DNA from: an uncultured Kaistella sp.
GTDB lineage: Bacteria; Bacteroidota; Bacteroidia; Flavobacteriales; Weeksellaceae
Length of the DNA stretch: 64,000 nt
Reading direction: 5' to 3'
Assembly (NCBI GenBank): GCA_964532055.1
Contig: CAZHFE010000001.1
Location: forward strand, 3,576 to 67,575
Shown: one piece after another, positions 56,595-64,000 of the stretch
Layout: the number at the start of each line of letters is the position of its first letter
How positions within the stretch are numbered: position 1 is the first letter of the stretch
Translations under genes and position numbers: made by a program
Notes under the pieces: model-generated
What the model saw: only the letters and a program-made list of their open reading frames with translations
What the model was told of the DNA's origin: nothing
Database searches by the model: none

Positions 56595-57168
56595 TTTTGA
56601 GGAAATCTGGAAAAAGAAAAAAGCCGATGTTCCTGATGCTTCGGAAATTAAATCCAAAGCAAACAAATTCAGAAGAAAACAACTGCTTTCTTCTCTGTAC
56701 AACACGCTTTGTCTTCTCATCAGTTTGGGAACGGTAACCTGGGTTTGGTTCAGTTTCCCGAATCTGCATTTTCTTACAAAATCGGGAATGGTTCTGATGT
56801 TGGCTGCACTTGTGATTTTTATTTTTCAGAATTTTCAGAAAATCAGAATCATCAACAAAATCAATCCGTCGCTCAGCAATCAGGAGTATCTGAAACAGAT
56901 GAAAATGCTGCAGCAGAAAGACCTGTATTTGCAGACAAAAGGAATCAGTGTTTATTATCTGCTCCTTTCACTCGGGATTGCATTTTACCTTTTCGAATTT
57001 ACACAGAGAATGACCCTTTTCTGGGGAATCTTCACCTATTCCGTTACATTCGGGTGGATTCTTTTCGGGTGGATTTTCATCAGACCAAGAAAAATACGGA
57101 AAGAGCAAAAGAAAATTTCTGAAGTGATACAATCTTTAGAGAAAATGGAAGAGGATTTTTTAGAATAA
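56578..57168 (+). CDS. Putative membrane anti-sigma factor
   Basis: Overlaps the sigma stop; four TM helices. Confidence 0.75.
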   Translation: METQYNFEEIWKKKKADVPDASEIKSKANKFRRKQLLSSLYNTLCLLISLGTVTWVWFSFPNLHFLTKSGMVLMLAALVIFIFQNFQKIRIINKINPSLSNQEYLKQMKMLQQKDLYLQTKGISVYYLLLSLGIAFYLFEFTQRMTLFWGIFTYSVTFGWILFGWIFIRPRKIRKEQKKISEVIQSLEKMEEDFLE

Positions 57169-57205
57169 TAGTGAGATGTATTATATTTGCTTTAAATTAT
57201 AAATA

Positions 57206-57691
57206 ATGAAAAAAGGAATATTATTTTTAGGAATTTTCTTAGCACAATTTGTATCTGCACAAGTTTCTATCGAAAAAAACAAATTGGTAAAAGATGGCAT
57301 TTCGTATAAATTTTCAAAATATGAAGATGTTTTACAAAACACCGAAGCAAAAGAGTATTTCAAAAAAGCGCGAACCAACAATACAGTCGCACAAATTTTT
57401 GCCTATACTGGAGGTTTTGGCTTAGGATATGGACTTGCAACATTAATTTCAGGCAAAGAAAACACAATTTCTGCAAACGGAACTACTTATACAAAGGAAG
57501 CAAAAAGTGGAGGTTGGGCATTTTTGGCAGCAGGAGTTGGACTTATAGGAGTTGGGATTCCATTTGCACTTGCAGTAAAGAAAAATATGGATAAAGCTAT
57601 ACAAATGGAAAACGGGGAAACAACCGCATTTCAACCTTATTTCAAATTAGAACCAACAGGAAACGGATTTGCTTTGAGTTATAATTTCTAA
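57206..57691 (+). CDS. Hypothetical exported/membrane protein
   Basis: Signal peptide VSA|Q, two Gly-rich hydrophobic segments, C-terminal FALSYNF. Confidence 0.75.
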   Translation: MKKGILFLGIFLAQFVSAQVSIEKNKLVKDGISYKFSKYEDVLQNTEAKEYFKKARTNNTVAQIFAYTGGFGLGYGLATLISGKENTISANGTTYTKEAKSGGWAFLAAGVGLIGVGIPFALAVKKNMDKAIQMENGETTAFQPYFKLEPTGNGFALSYNF

Positions 57692-57793
57692 AAAAATTGA
57701 CAAAAAAACATAATAAAGACAGAACTTTTGTTTCTGTCTTTTCTTATTCTAAACTTGATAAATTTACCTATTTTTGCACTTCAATTCAGATTT

Positions 57794-59335
57794 ATGGCAA
57801 AGCAAGAAGATGTTTTCAAAAAAGTGGTTTCCCACGCTAAAGAATACGGTTTTATTTTTCAATCCAGCGAAATCTATGACGGACTTTCCGCTGTTTACGA
57901 TTACGGACAAAATGGTGCGGAACTGAAAAATAACATCAAACAATACTGGTGGAAAGCAATGGTGCAACTCAATGAAAATATTGTCGGGATTGATTCTGCT
58001 ATTTTGATGCACCCTACAACTTGGAAAGCATCGGGACACGTTGATGCATTCAATGACCCTTTGATTGATAATAAAGATTCTAAAAAACGTTTCCGTGCCG
58101 ATGTTTTAGTAGAAGATTGGGCTGCAAAACAAGAAGAAAAAGCACAAAAAGAAATCGAAAAAGCTGCAAAAAGGTTTGGAGATTCTTTTGACCAAGCGCA
58201 ATTTGAAGCGACAAATCCAAGAGTTTTGGAATATCGTGCAAAGCAAGATGCAGCCGTAAAAAGATTGGCGAGATCTTTGGAAGCAAATGATTTGGCTGAT
58301 GTGAAAGCATTAATCGAAGAATTGGAAATTGCAGATCCTGATACAGGTTCTAAAAACTGGACCGATGTTCGTCAATTCAACTTGATGTTCGGAACAAAAT
58401 TGGGTGCTTCTGCAGAAAATGCAACGGATCTTTATCTAAGACCAGAAACTGCACAAGGTATTTTCGTCAACTTTCTGAATGTTCAAAAAACATCAAGACA
58501 TAAACTTCCTTTCGGAATTGCTCAAATTGGTAAAGCATTTAGAAATGAGATTGTTGCGAGACAATTTATTTTCAGAATGAGAGAATTCGAACAAATGGAA
58601 ATGCAATTTTTCGTTCCTCCCGGGACTGAGTTGGATTTCTACGAAGCATGGAAAGAAAAGCGTTTGAATTGGCATTTAGCTTTAGGTTTAGGAAGCGAAA
58701 ATTACAAATTCCACGATCACGAAAAATTAGCGCATTACGCAAATGCAGCTGCAGATATTGAGTTTAAATTTCCATTTGGTTTTAAGGAATTAGAAGGAAT
58801 TCACTCACGAACTGATTTTGATTTGTCGGCACACGAAAAATTCTCCGGAAGAAAATTGCAGTATTTCGACCCTGAAAGAAACGAAACTTATACTCCGTAT
58901 GTCGTGGAAACTTCTATCGGTTTAGACAGAATGTTTCTTGCGATGATGTCGTATTGCCTGAAAGACGAGGTTTTAGAAGACGGCTCAGAAAGAACTGTAT
59001 TAAATTTACCTCCAGCTTTAGCTCCGGTAAAAACGGCAATTCTACCTTTGGTAAAAAAAGACGGATTACCGGAAATGGCAGAAAAAATCTTTAATGATTT
59101 GAAGTATGATTTCAATGTAATTTTTGAAGAAAAAGATTCTATCGGAAAACGTTACAGAAGACAAGATGCGATTGGGACACCTTTCTGCATCACAGTTGAT
59201 CACGACTCTTTAAATGATTTCACTGTAACTCTAAGAGAAAGAGATACCATGAGACAAGAAAGAGTTCCTATCGAAAATTTGAGAAGAATTATTGATGAAA
59301 AAGTGAATTTCAGAACTTTGCTAGAAAAACTTTAA
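57794..59335 (+). CDS. glyQS: Glycine--tRNA ligase (homodimeric type)
   Basis: YDYGQNG, LRPETAQGIF, GKAFRNEI, FRMREFEQMEM, PYVVETSIG, YRRQDAIGTP. Confidence 0.97.
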   Translation: MAKQEDVFKKVVSHAKEYGFIFQSSEIYDGLSAVYDYGQNGAELKNNIKQYWWKAMVQLNENIVGIDSAILMHPTTWKASGHVDAFNDPLIDNKDSKKRFRADVLVEDWAAKQEEKAQKEIEKAAKRFGDSFDQAQFEATNPRVLEYRAKQDAAVKRLARSLEANDLADVKALIEELEIADPDTGSKNWTDVRQFNLMFGTKLGASAENATDLYLRPETAQGIFVNFLNVQKTSRHKLPFGIAQIGKAFRNEIVARQFIFRMREFEQMEMQFFVPPGTELDFYEAWKEKRLNWHLALGLGSENYKFHDHEKLAHYANAAADIEFKFPFGFKELEGIHSRTDFDLSAHEKFSGRKLQYFDPERNETYTPYVVETSIGLDRMFLAMMSYCLKDEVLEDGSERTVLNLPPALAPVKTAILPLVKKDGLPEMAEKIFNDLKYDFNVIFEEKDSIGKRYRRQDAIGTPFCITVDHDSLNDFTVTLRERDTMRQERVPIENLRRIIDEKVNFRTLLEKL

Positions 59336-59411
59336 GAATCTAAAAAAACAGTGAGTAGAGTTCAATAAAAAAACTAAATTCACGGAATATTAATTTTTGA
59401 AATCAAAAATC

Positions 59412-60149
59412 ATGAGAAGAGATTTATTCGGGTGGTACAGCCCTTCATTACAGAAAGAAATGCCAATTGTGAGTTACGGACATTACGGTTTTGCTTTGCT
59501 TTTGGTTCCTACTGCCGCTGCAGACTATTTAGAGTATGAGCGTTTTTTGCTTTTAGATATTTTAAAACCTTATATCGAAGCCGGAAAACTCCGCGTTTTT
59601 TCTGTGAACAGTATTAACAGTGAAAGTTGGCTGAATAAAGAACTACTCGGTGAACACAAAGCAATTCGCCACAATCAGTTTAATGACTATATCTACAACG
59701 AGGTGATTCCGTTTATTAAGCAGAATACATCACCTGAAACTCCCATTATTACTTGCGGTGCTTCACTCGGTGCGCTGCACAGCATGAATCTCTTTTTAAA
59801 ACGCCCAGATTTAATCAACGGTGTTATTGCAATGAGCGGTGTTTATGATTTAACTTCTTATACATCAGGTTTTTATGATGAGCAGGTTTATTTCAATTCA
59901 CCTTGTCATTATCTTCCTAATCTGAATGATGAGTATGTTTTAAATCAAATCCGAAACAGCGAGCATATTCATCTTCTTTCCGGTTCCGGTAGTTATGAAG
60001 ATCCCGATGCAAGCAGAAAACTCAGCGGAATTTTCTCCGGAAAAGGAATTACTCACGACCTTGATATTTGGGATTCGCAATGGACCCATGATTGGCCAAC
60101 TTGGCGCGCAATGCTACCAATTGTTTTGGAGCACAGATTTGGGTTGTAA
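59412..60149 (+). CDS. Putative esterase (alpha/beta hydrolase)
   Basis: YGHYG, VPTAAAD, CGASLGALH, AMSGVYD, HDWPTW. Confidence 0.85.
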   Translation: MRRDLFGWYSPSLQKEMPIVSYGHYGFALLLVPTAAADYLEYERFLLLDILKPYIEAGKLRVFSVNSINSESWLNKELLGEHKAIRHNQFNDYIYNEVIPFIKQNTSPETPIITCGASLGALHSMNLFLKRPDLINGVIAMSGVYDLTSYTSGFYDEQVYFNSPCHYLPNLNDEYVLNQIRNSEHIHLLSGSGSYEDPDASRKLSGIFSGKGITHDLDIWDSQWTHDWPTWRAMLPIVLEHRFGL

Positions 60150-60280
60150 GATCTAAACCTCTTTATTTGAGCGTGTTGAAATTTTGAATGGTCAACAAAC
60201 TCTGAAAAACTGACATTCAAAAGATTGTTAATAACTTTCTTTTGGAAAACTCTTGACTTTTCCCTTTTATGGAATTATTT

Positions 60281-60297
60281 TTGAAATATAATTTCAA
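60281..60297. promoter_or_regulatory. Palindromic operator candidate upstream of the radical SAM gene
   Basis: ttgaaat-ata-atttcaa about 30 nt before the ATG. Confidence 0.35.
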
Positions 60298-60328
60298 GAC
60301 TGTTTCTTTGTTTCCCTAATCTTTAAAA

Positions 60329-61585
60329 ATGAATTTCGACCGCCTCAAAGAAAAACTCGAAATACTTGCAGATGCTGCGAAGTACGATGTTTCTTGCTCT
60401 TCAAGTGGTGGGAATAGAAAAAATAACGGCGGATTGGGCGACAGTTCCGTAAGCGGAATTTGTCATACTTACACAGAAGACGGACGATGCGTTTCGCTGC
60501 TGAAAATCCTTTTGACCAACCACTGTATTTATGATTGTGCATATTGCGTTTCCAGAAAATCAAACGATATTAAAAGAGCTGCTTTCACGGTAGATGAAGT
60601 CGTGGATTTAACGATTAATTTTTATCGCAGAAATTACATAGAAGGATTATTTCTAAGTTCTGGAATTTTTAAAGATGCCGATACTACAATGGAAAGATTG
60701 GTGAGAGTTGCAAAAAAACTGAGAACAGAACATAAATTCAATGGATACATTCATCTTAAATCAATTCCTGGTGCGAGTGATTTGCTAATGCAGGAAGCTG
60801 CACTTTATGCAGACAGATTATCCGTAAATATTGAAATTCCGACAGAATCTGGTTTAAAATTATTGGCTCCAGACAAAAATCGAGAAGATATGTTGCAACC
60901 AATGCGGATTGTTCAAAAAGGAATTATACAATATAAAGACGAAAAAAAATTAATTAAAAGGGTTCCGAAATTTGCACCTGCAGGACAATCTACTCAAATG
61001 ATTGTAGGAGCAACCAACGAAAATGATTTACAAATTATAAAAGTTGCAGATTATTTCTACAAAAAATACGGAATGAAACGCGTTTATTATTCTGGGTACG
61101 TTCCTGTTTTAGAAGATAAAAGATTGCCTGCTTTAACTACAGCAGTTCCGATACTTCGTGAAAATCGGCTGTATCAATCGGATTGGTTGATGCGTTTTTA
61201 TGGTTTTAAAGCAGATGAAATTTTGGATTTCAATATGCCGTTCCTCGATTTGGAAATTGACCCGAAACTGAGTTGGGCTTTGCGAAATTTAGAACAGTTT
61301 CCCATTAATCTTCAAGCCGCAGATTATAAAATGATTCTCAGAATCCCTGGAATTGGAGTGAAAACTGCGAAAAAAATTGTTTTAGCAAGGCGTTTTCAGG
61401 TTTTGAATATTGATCATCTCAAAAAACTAGGAGCTGCAACAAATCGTGCTAAATATTTTATTGATTTCACTTACGGAAATCCATTTCTGAAACATTTAAC
61501 CGATTTGAATCTTCGAAAATTAATTATTGGTGGAAGTCAATCCAAATTTCAGAATCAGTTTTCACAGCAGTTGACTTTGTTTTGA
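60329..61585 (+). CDS. Putative DNA modification/repair radical SAM protein (TIGR03916-like)
   Basis: AAKYDVSCSSSG, GICH, CIYDCAYC, GQSTQMIVG, RENRLYQSDWL, HhH IPGIGVK. Confidence 0.93.
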   Translation: MNFDRLKEKLEILADAAKYDVSCSSSGGNRKNNGGLGDSSVSGICHTYTEDGRCVSLLKILLTNHCIYDCAYCVSRKSNDIKRAAFTVDEVVDLTINFYRRNYIEGLFLSSGIFKDADTTMERLVRVAKKLRTEHKFNGYIHLKSIPGASDLLMQEAALYADRLSVNIEIPTESGLKLLAPDKNREDMLQPMRIVQKGIIQYKDEKKLIKRVPKFAPAGQSTQMIVGATNENDLQIIKVADYFYKKYGMKRVYYSGYVPVLEDKRLPALTTAVPILRENRLYQSDWLMRFYGFKADEILDFNMPFLDLEIDPKLSWALRNLEQFPINLQAADYKMILRIPGIGVKTAKKIVLARRFQVLNIDHLKKLGAATNRAKYFIDFTYGNPFLKHLTDLNLRKLIIGGSQSKFQNQFSQQLTLF

Positions 61586-61595
61586 AATATAAAAC

Positions 61596-62240
61596 ATGAA
61601 AATTCAAAAAGATATTGTTGAAAAATGGCTGAAAGCGTGGTCTTTATCGAGAGAATTACCATTGCCTGTTCCTTTCAAATCGGGTTACAAAGTTGAGGTT
61701 GGTTATGAAAACCAGAAATCCCGTTACGTATTTCCCGAACTGAACAATGATTTTATCAGACTTTCAAAATCCGTTGAAGACCCTTTTGTTTTCATGAAAG
61801 TTTGTGCGTCTCAAGAAGATGTCAAAAATAAAATTCCCGAAAAATGGCAAATCCAGCCGCAAGGTTATATGATGTCCTGTTTTCGCCCGATGAAAATTCC
61901 GGATATCGATTTGCCTGATGAATACAATCTGGAATCCGACCTATATAATTCCACATTTCTTCTCCGGATTGTTACGGAAAACGGAAAAACTGCTTCAACG
62001 GGACGTGTGGTTATGGTGGACGATTTGGCTGTTTACGACCAGATTTTGACGGAAGAAAATCACAGAAGAAAGGGTCTTGCAACTTTTCTGATAAAAGAAC
62101 TCGAAAAAATCGCTTTGTCAAAAGGTATTTACAAAAATTTTCTCGTGGCAACGGAACAGGGAAAACGACTTTATCAGTCCTTGGGTTTTGATGTTTATAG
62201 TCTTTATACTTCGGCGGTGATTCCTGTTGATTCAGAATAA
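61596..62240 (+). CDS. GNAT N-acetyltransferase
   Basis: Motif A HRRKGLAT, LVATEQGKRLYQSLGF. Confidence 0.85.
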   Translation: MKIQKDIVEKWLKAWSLSRELPLPVPFKSGYKVEVGYENQKSRYVFPELNNDFIRLSKSVEDPFVFMKVCASQEDVKNKIPEKWQIQPQGYMMSCFRPMKIPDIDLPDEYNLESDLYNSTFLLRIVTENGKTASTGRVVMVDDLAVYDQILTEENHRRKGLATFLIKELEKIALSKGIYKNFLVATEQGKRLYQSLGFDVYSLYTSAVIPVDSE

Positions 62241-63024
62241 ACTGATAAAAAATAATGACATAAAAATGACTATACTTATTTACGACGGCAGTTTCGATGG
62301 ACTTTTCACAGCGATATTTGAAGTTTTCGAATACCATTATAAGGATGTAAAAATTGTCAGCAAAGAGCGATTTCATCAGGAAAATATTTTTGCGGAAATT
62401 CACGAAGTTATTACTCAAAACGAAAAATCGGAGCGGGTTTTAAAAAAAATAGAACAAAATATCGAAAAACAAGGAATTCTTCAACTTCTGAAAGTCTATT
62501 TATCTGAAAATTCTGAAGCCGAATATCTTATTTTATCGGCAGTAAAGCAATCCATAGAAAATCCCGACAAAAATATTCTACAAAATTATGCAGATGATGA
62601 TATTCTAAAAATTTCAAAAATCTGCAAATCCGTAAGCAGAGAACGCCACAGAATGACCGCTTTTGTAAGGTTCGAGAAAATGCAAGACGATATTTATTTT
62701 GCCAAAATAGAACCCGATTTCAATGTTCTTCCGTTGGTTCGCAAATTTTTCAAAGACCGTTATCAAGATCAGAAATGGATGATTTTTGATTTGAGGCGAA
62801 ACTTCGGACTTTTTTATGATTTAAAGAATTGCGATTTTTTCTATCCCGATGACAATTTCTCGCTTAACAATTACGATGAAAAATTCCATGATGAGGAAAG
62901 GAATTATCAAAAATTATGGCAACGTTATTTTACCAAAACTAATATTGTAGAACGGAAAAATACGAAATTACATCTGCAACACGTTCCGAAAAGATATTGG
63001 AAATATCTAACTGAGAAATTTTAA
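62227..63024 (+). CDS. DUF4130 / TIGR03915-like DNA metabolism protein
   Basis: YDGSFDGLFTAIF, ERHRMTAFVRF, EPDFNVL, LWQRYF, HVPKRYWKYL. Confidence 0.9.
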   Translation: MIQNKLIKNNDIKMTILIYDGSFDGLFTAIFEVFEYHYKDVKIVSKERFHQENIFAEIHEVITQNEKSERVLKKIEQNIEKQGILQLLKVYLSENSEAEYLILSAVKQSIENPDKNILQNYADDDILKISKICKSVSRERHRMTAFVRFEKMQDDIYFAKIEPDFNVLPLVRKFFKDRYQDQKWMIFDLRRNFGLFYDLKNCDFFYPDDNFSLNNYDEKFHDEERNYQKLWQRYFTKTNIVERKNTKLHLQHVPKRYWKYLTEKF

Positions 63025-63027
63025 TTA

Positions 63028-64000
63028 TTAATCTTCCAACTGCGTTCCCAGAAATTCCCATTCCTGCAATGCTAAATCGAGTTCTTCTTTTTTAGAATTG
63101 TATTGCTCCAAGGTTTCTTCTGTTGGATTTTCTTTGGCAAAATCGGCTTCAAATTTTTCAATTTCCATTTCCAGAAGCGAAATTTTTTCCTCTGTTTTTT
63201 TGATTTTATTCTGAATGTTTTTTTGCTCTTTCGATACAATGGTCGTCGGTTGAGAGTTGTTGGTTGTCGGTTTTTCAGAATCTTGATTCTTGGTTCTTGA
63301 ATTTTGATTCTCTTCTGTGTGCAATTTTGAACGTTCCATCGATACCTCTCTCAAACTTTCTTTCTGCCGGTAATCCAGATATTCATTAATGTCGCCGAGA
63401 AATTCTTTCATATTTCCGTCACGGAATTCAAAAATCTTATCTGAAAGTCCCTGTAAAAATTCACGATCGTGAGAAATGAGGATAAGCGTTCCGTCAAAAT
63501 TTTTCAATGCCAATTTGATGATTTCTTTAGACTGAATATCAAGGTGATTCGTCGGTTCGTCCATAATTAGCGTGTTGAACGGACGAAGCAATAATTTGCA
63601 CAAAGCCAATCGGTTTCGCTCACCTCCGGAAAGTACTTTTGTTTTCTTCTGAACATCTTCACCCGAAAATAGAAAACTTCCCAACAAATCCCGAACTCTT
63701 GGTCTGGTTTCTTCCGTTGCAGAATCTTCTGCTTCCTGAAGAACGGTTTTGTTCGGTGTGAGAACCTCCTCCTGATTTTGGGCGAAATATCCGATATTCA
63801 CATTATGACCGAGTTTCCAATCTCCGGTATAATCTTTAATTTCTCCGGCAAGAATTTTGGCTAAAGTGGTTTTTCCTTGTCCGTTTTGCCCTAAAAGTGC
63901 AATTCTATCACCTCGCTCTACGAAGAAATTTACGTTGTCGAAAATTTTTTTTGTGCCGTAACTTTTCCCGAGATTTTCGGCTTCAAAAATCACTTTTCCT
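63028..64000 (-). CDS. ABC-F family ATPase (3' part; 5' end outside the window)
   Basis: GQNGQGKTT, LSGGERNRL, MDEPTNHLD, ISHDR, C-terminal coiled coil. Confidence 0.93.
   Translation of the reverse strand, partial: GKVIFEAENLGKSYGTKKIFDNVNFFVERGDRIALLGQNGQGKTTLAKILAGEIKDYTGDWKLGHNVNIGYFAQNQEEVLTPNKTVLQEAEDSATEETRPRVRDLLGSFLFSGEDVQKKTKVLSGGERNRLALCKLLLRPFNTLIMDEPTNHLDIQSKEIIKLALKNFDGTLILISHDREFLQGLSDKIFEFRDGNMKEFLGDINEYLDYRQKESLREVSMERSKLHTEENQNSRTKNQDSEKPTTNNSQPTTIVSKEQKNIQNKIKKTEEKISLLEMEIEKFEADFAKENPTEETLEQYNSKKEELDLALQEWEFLGTQLED
63242..63313. repeat. In-frame 7-nt-periodic repeat insertion inside the ABC-F gene
   Basis: gtcgtcg gttgaga gttgttg gttgtcg ... aatcttg attcttg gttcttg aattttg attctct; encodes ENQNSRTKNQDSEKPTTNNSQPTT. 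Confidence 0.7.

Noticed and set aside
60150-60328. GGA-N5-TCC SOS-type box upstream of the radical SAM gene
   Set aside because: No exact match was found by eye.
1275-63300. Numerous 60-190 aa ORFs antisense or out of frame to long genes (e.g. 3713-4252, 26297-26752, 29604-30143, 31189-31755, 47251-47694)
   Set aside because: Shadow ORFs over well-supported genes, with no motifs.
1-64000. CRISPR arrays, IS elements, rRNA
   Set aside because: No regularly spaced ~30-47 bp repeats, transposase motifs or rRNA sequence were seen; the heptad repeats are too short and lack spacers.

Overview
AT-rich Bacteroidota chromosome segment; gene content and TAnnTTTG promoters suggest Weeksellaceae (Chryseobacterium/Kaistella-like). 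Bases 1-40,000 and 55,000-64,000 are mostly housekeeping genes: sucC, meaB, lon, dsbD, a carbonic anhydrase/SulP cluster, pth, mfd, accD, fbaA, NAD kinase, aat, pyrD, glyQS and a radical SAM/DUF4130 repair pair. A tRNA-Leu/Gly/Leu cluster at 40,025-40,285 is followed by a ~14.7 kb integrated element (40,282-54,942) bounded by GGTAC cores. Main result: its large serine recombinase (LSR) gene is split by its own att site. Integrated, it reads antisense through tRNA-Leu and ends in a 30-aa tRNA-derived tail. On the predicted excised circle it gains a 41-aa tail encoded at the far end of the element, whose stop overlaps (ATGA) the start of a rep-like HTH gene, so excision would rebuild both the enzyme C-terminus and an operon. 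Cargo: a complete qatABCD anti-phage system, an RloA/RloB (AbiL-like) pair, a Sir2 remnant missed by the ORF track, a membrane OB-fold protein, a second small serine recombinase, a DUF488-like fusion, a 112-nt five-stem hairpin and two TTACGG-N4-CCGTAA palindromes at cargo junctions. Outside the island are 7-nt-periodic repeats inserted in frame in mfd and an ABC-F gene, two gene remnants and a candidate sRNA. Family assignments come from motif recognition by eye; no database searches were run.
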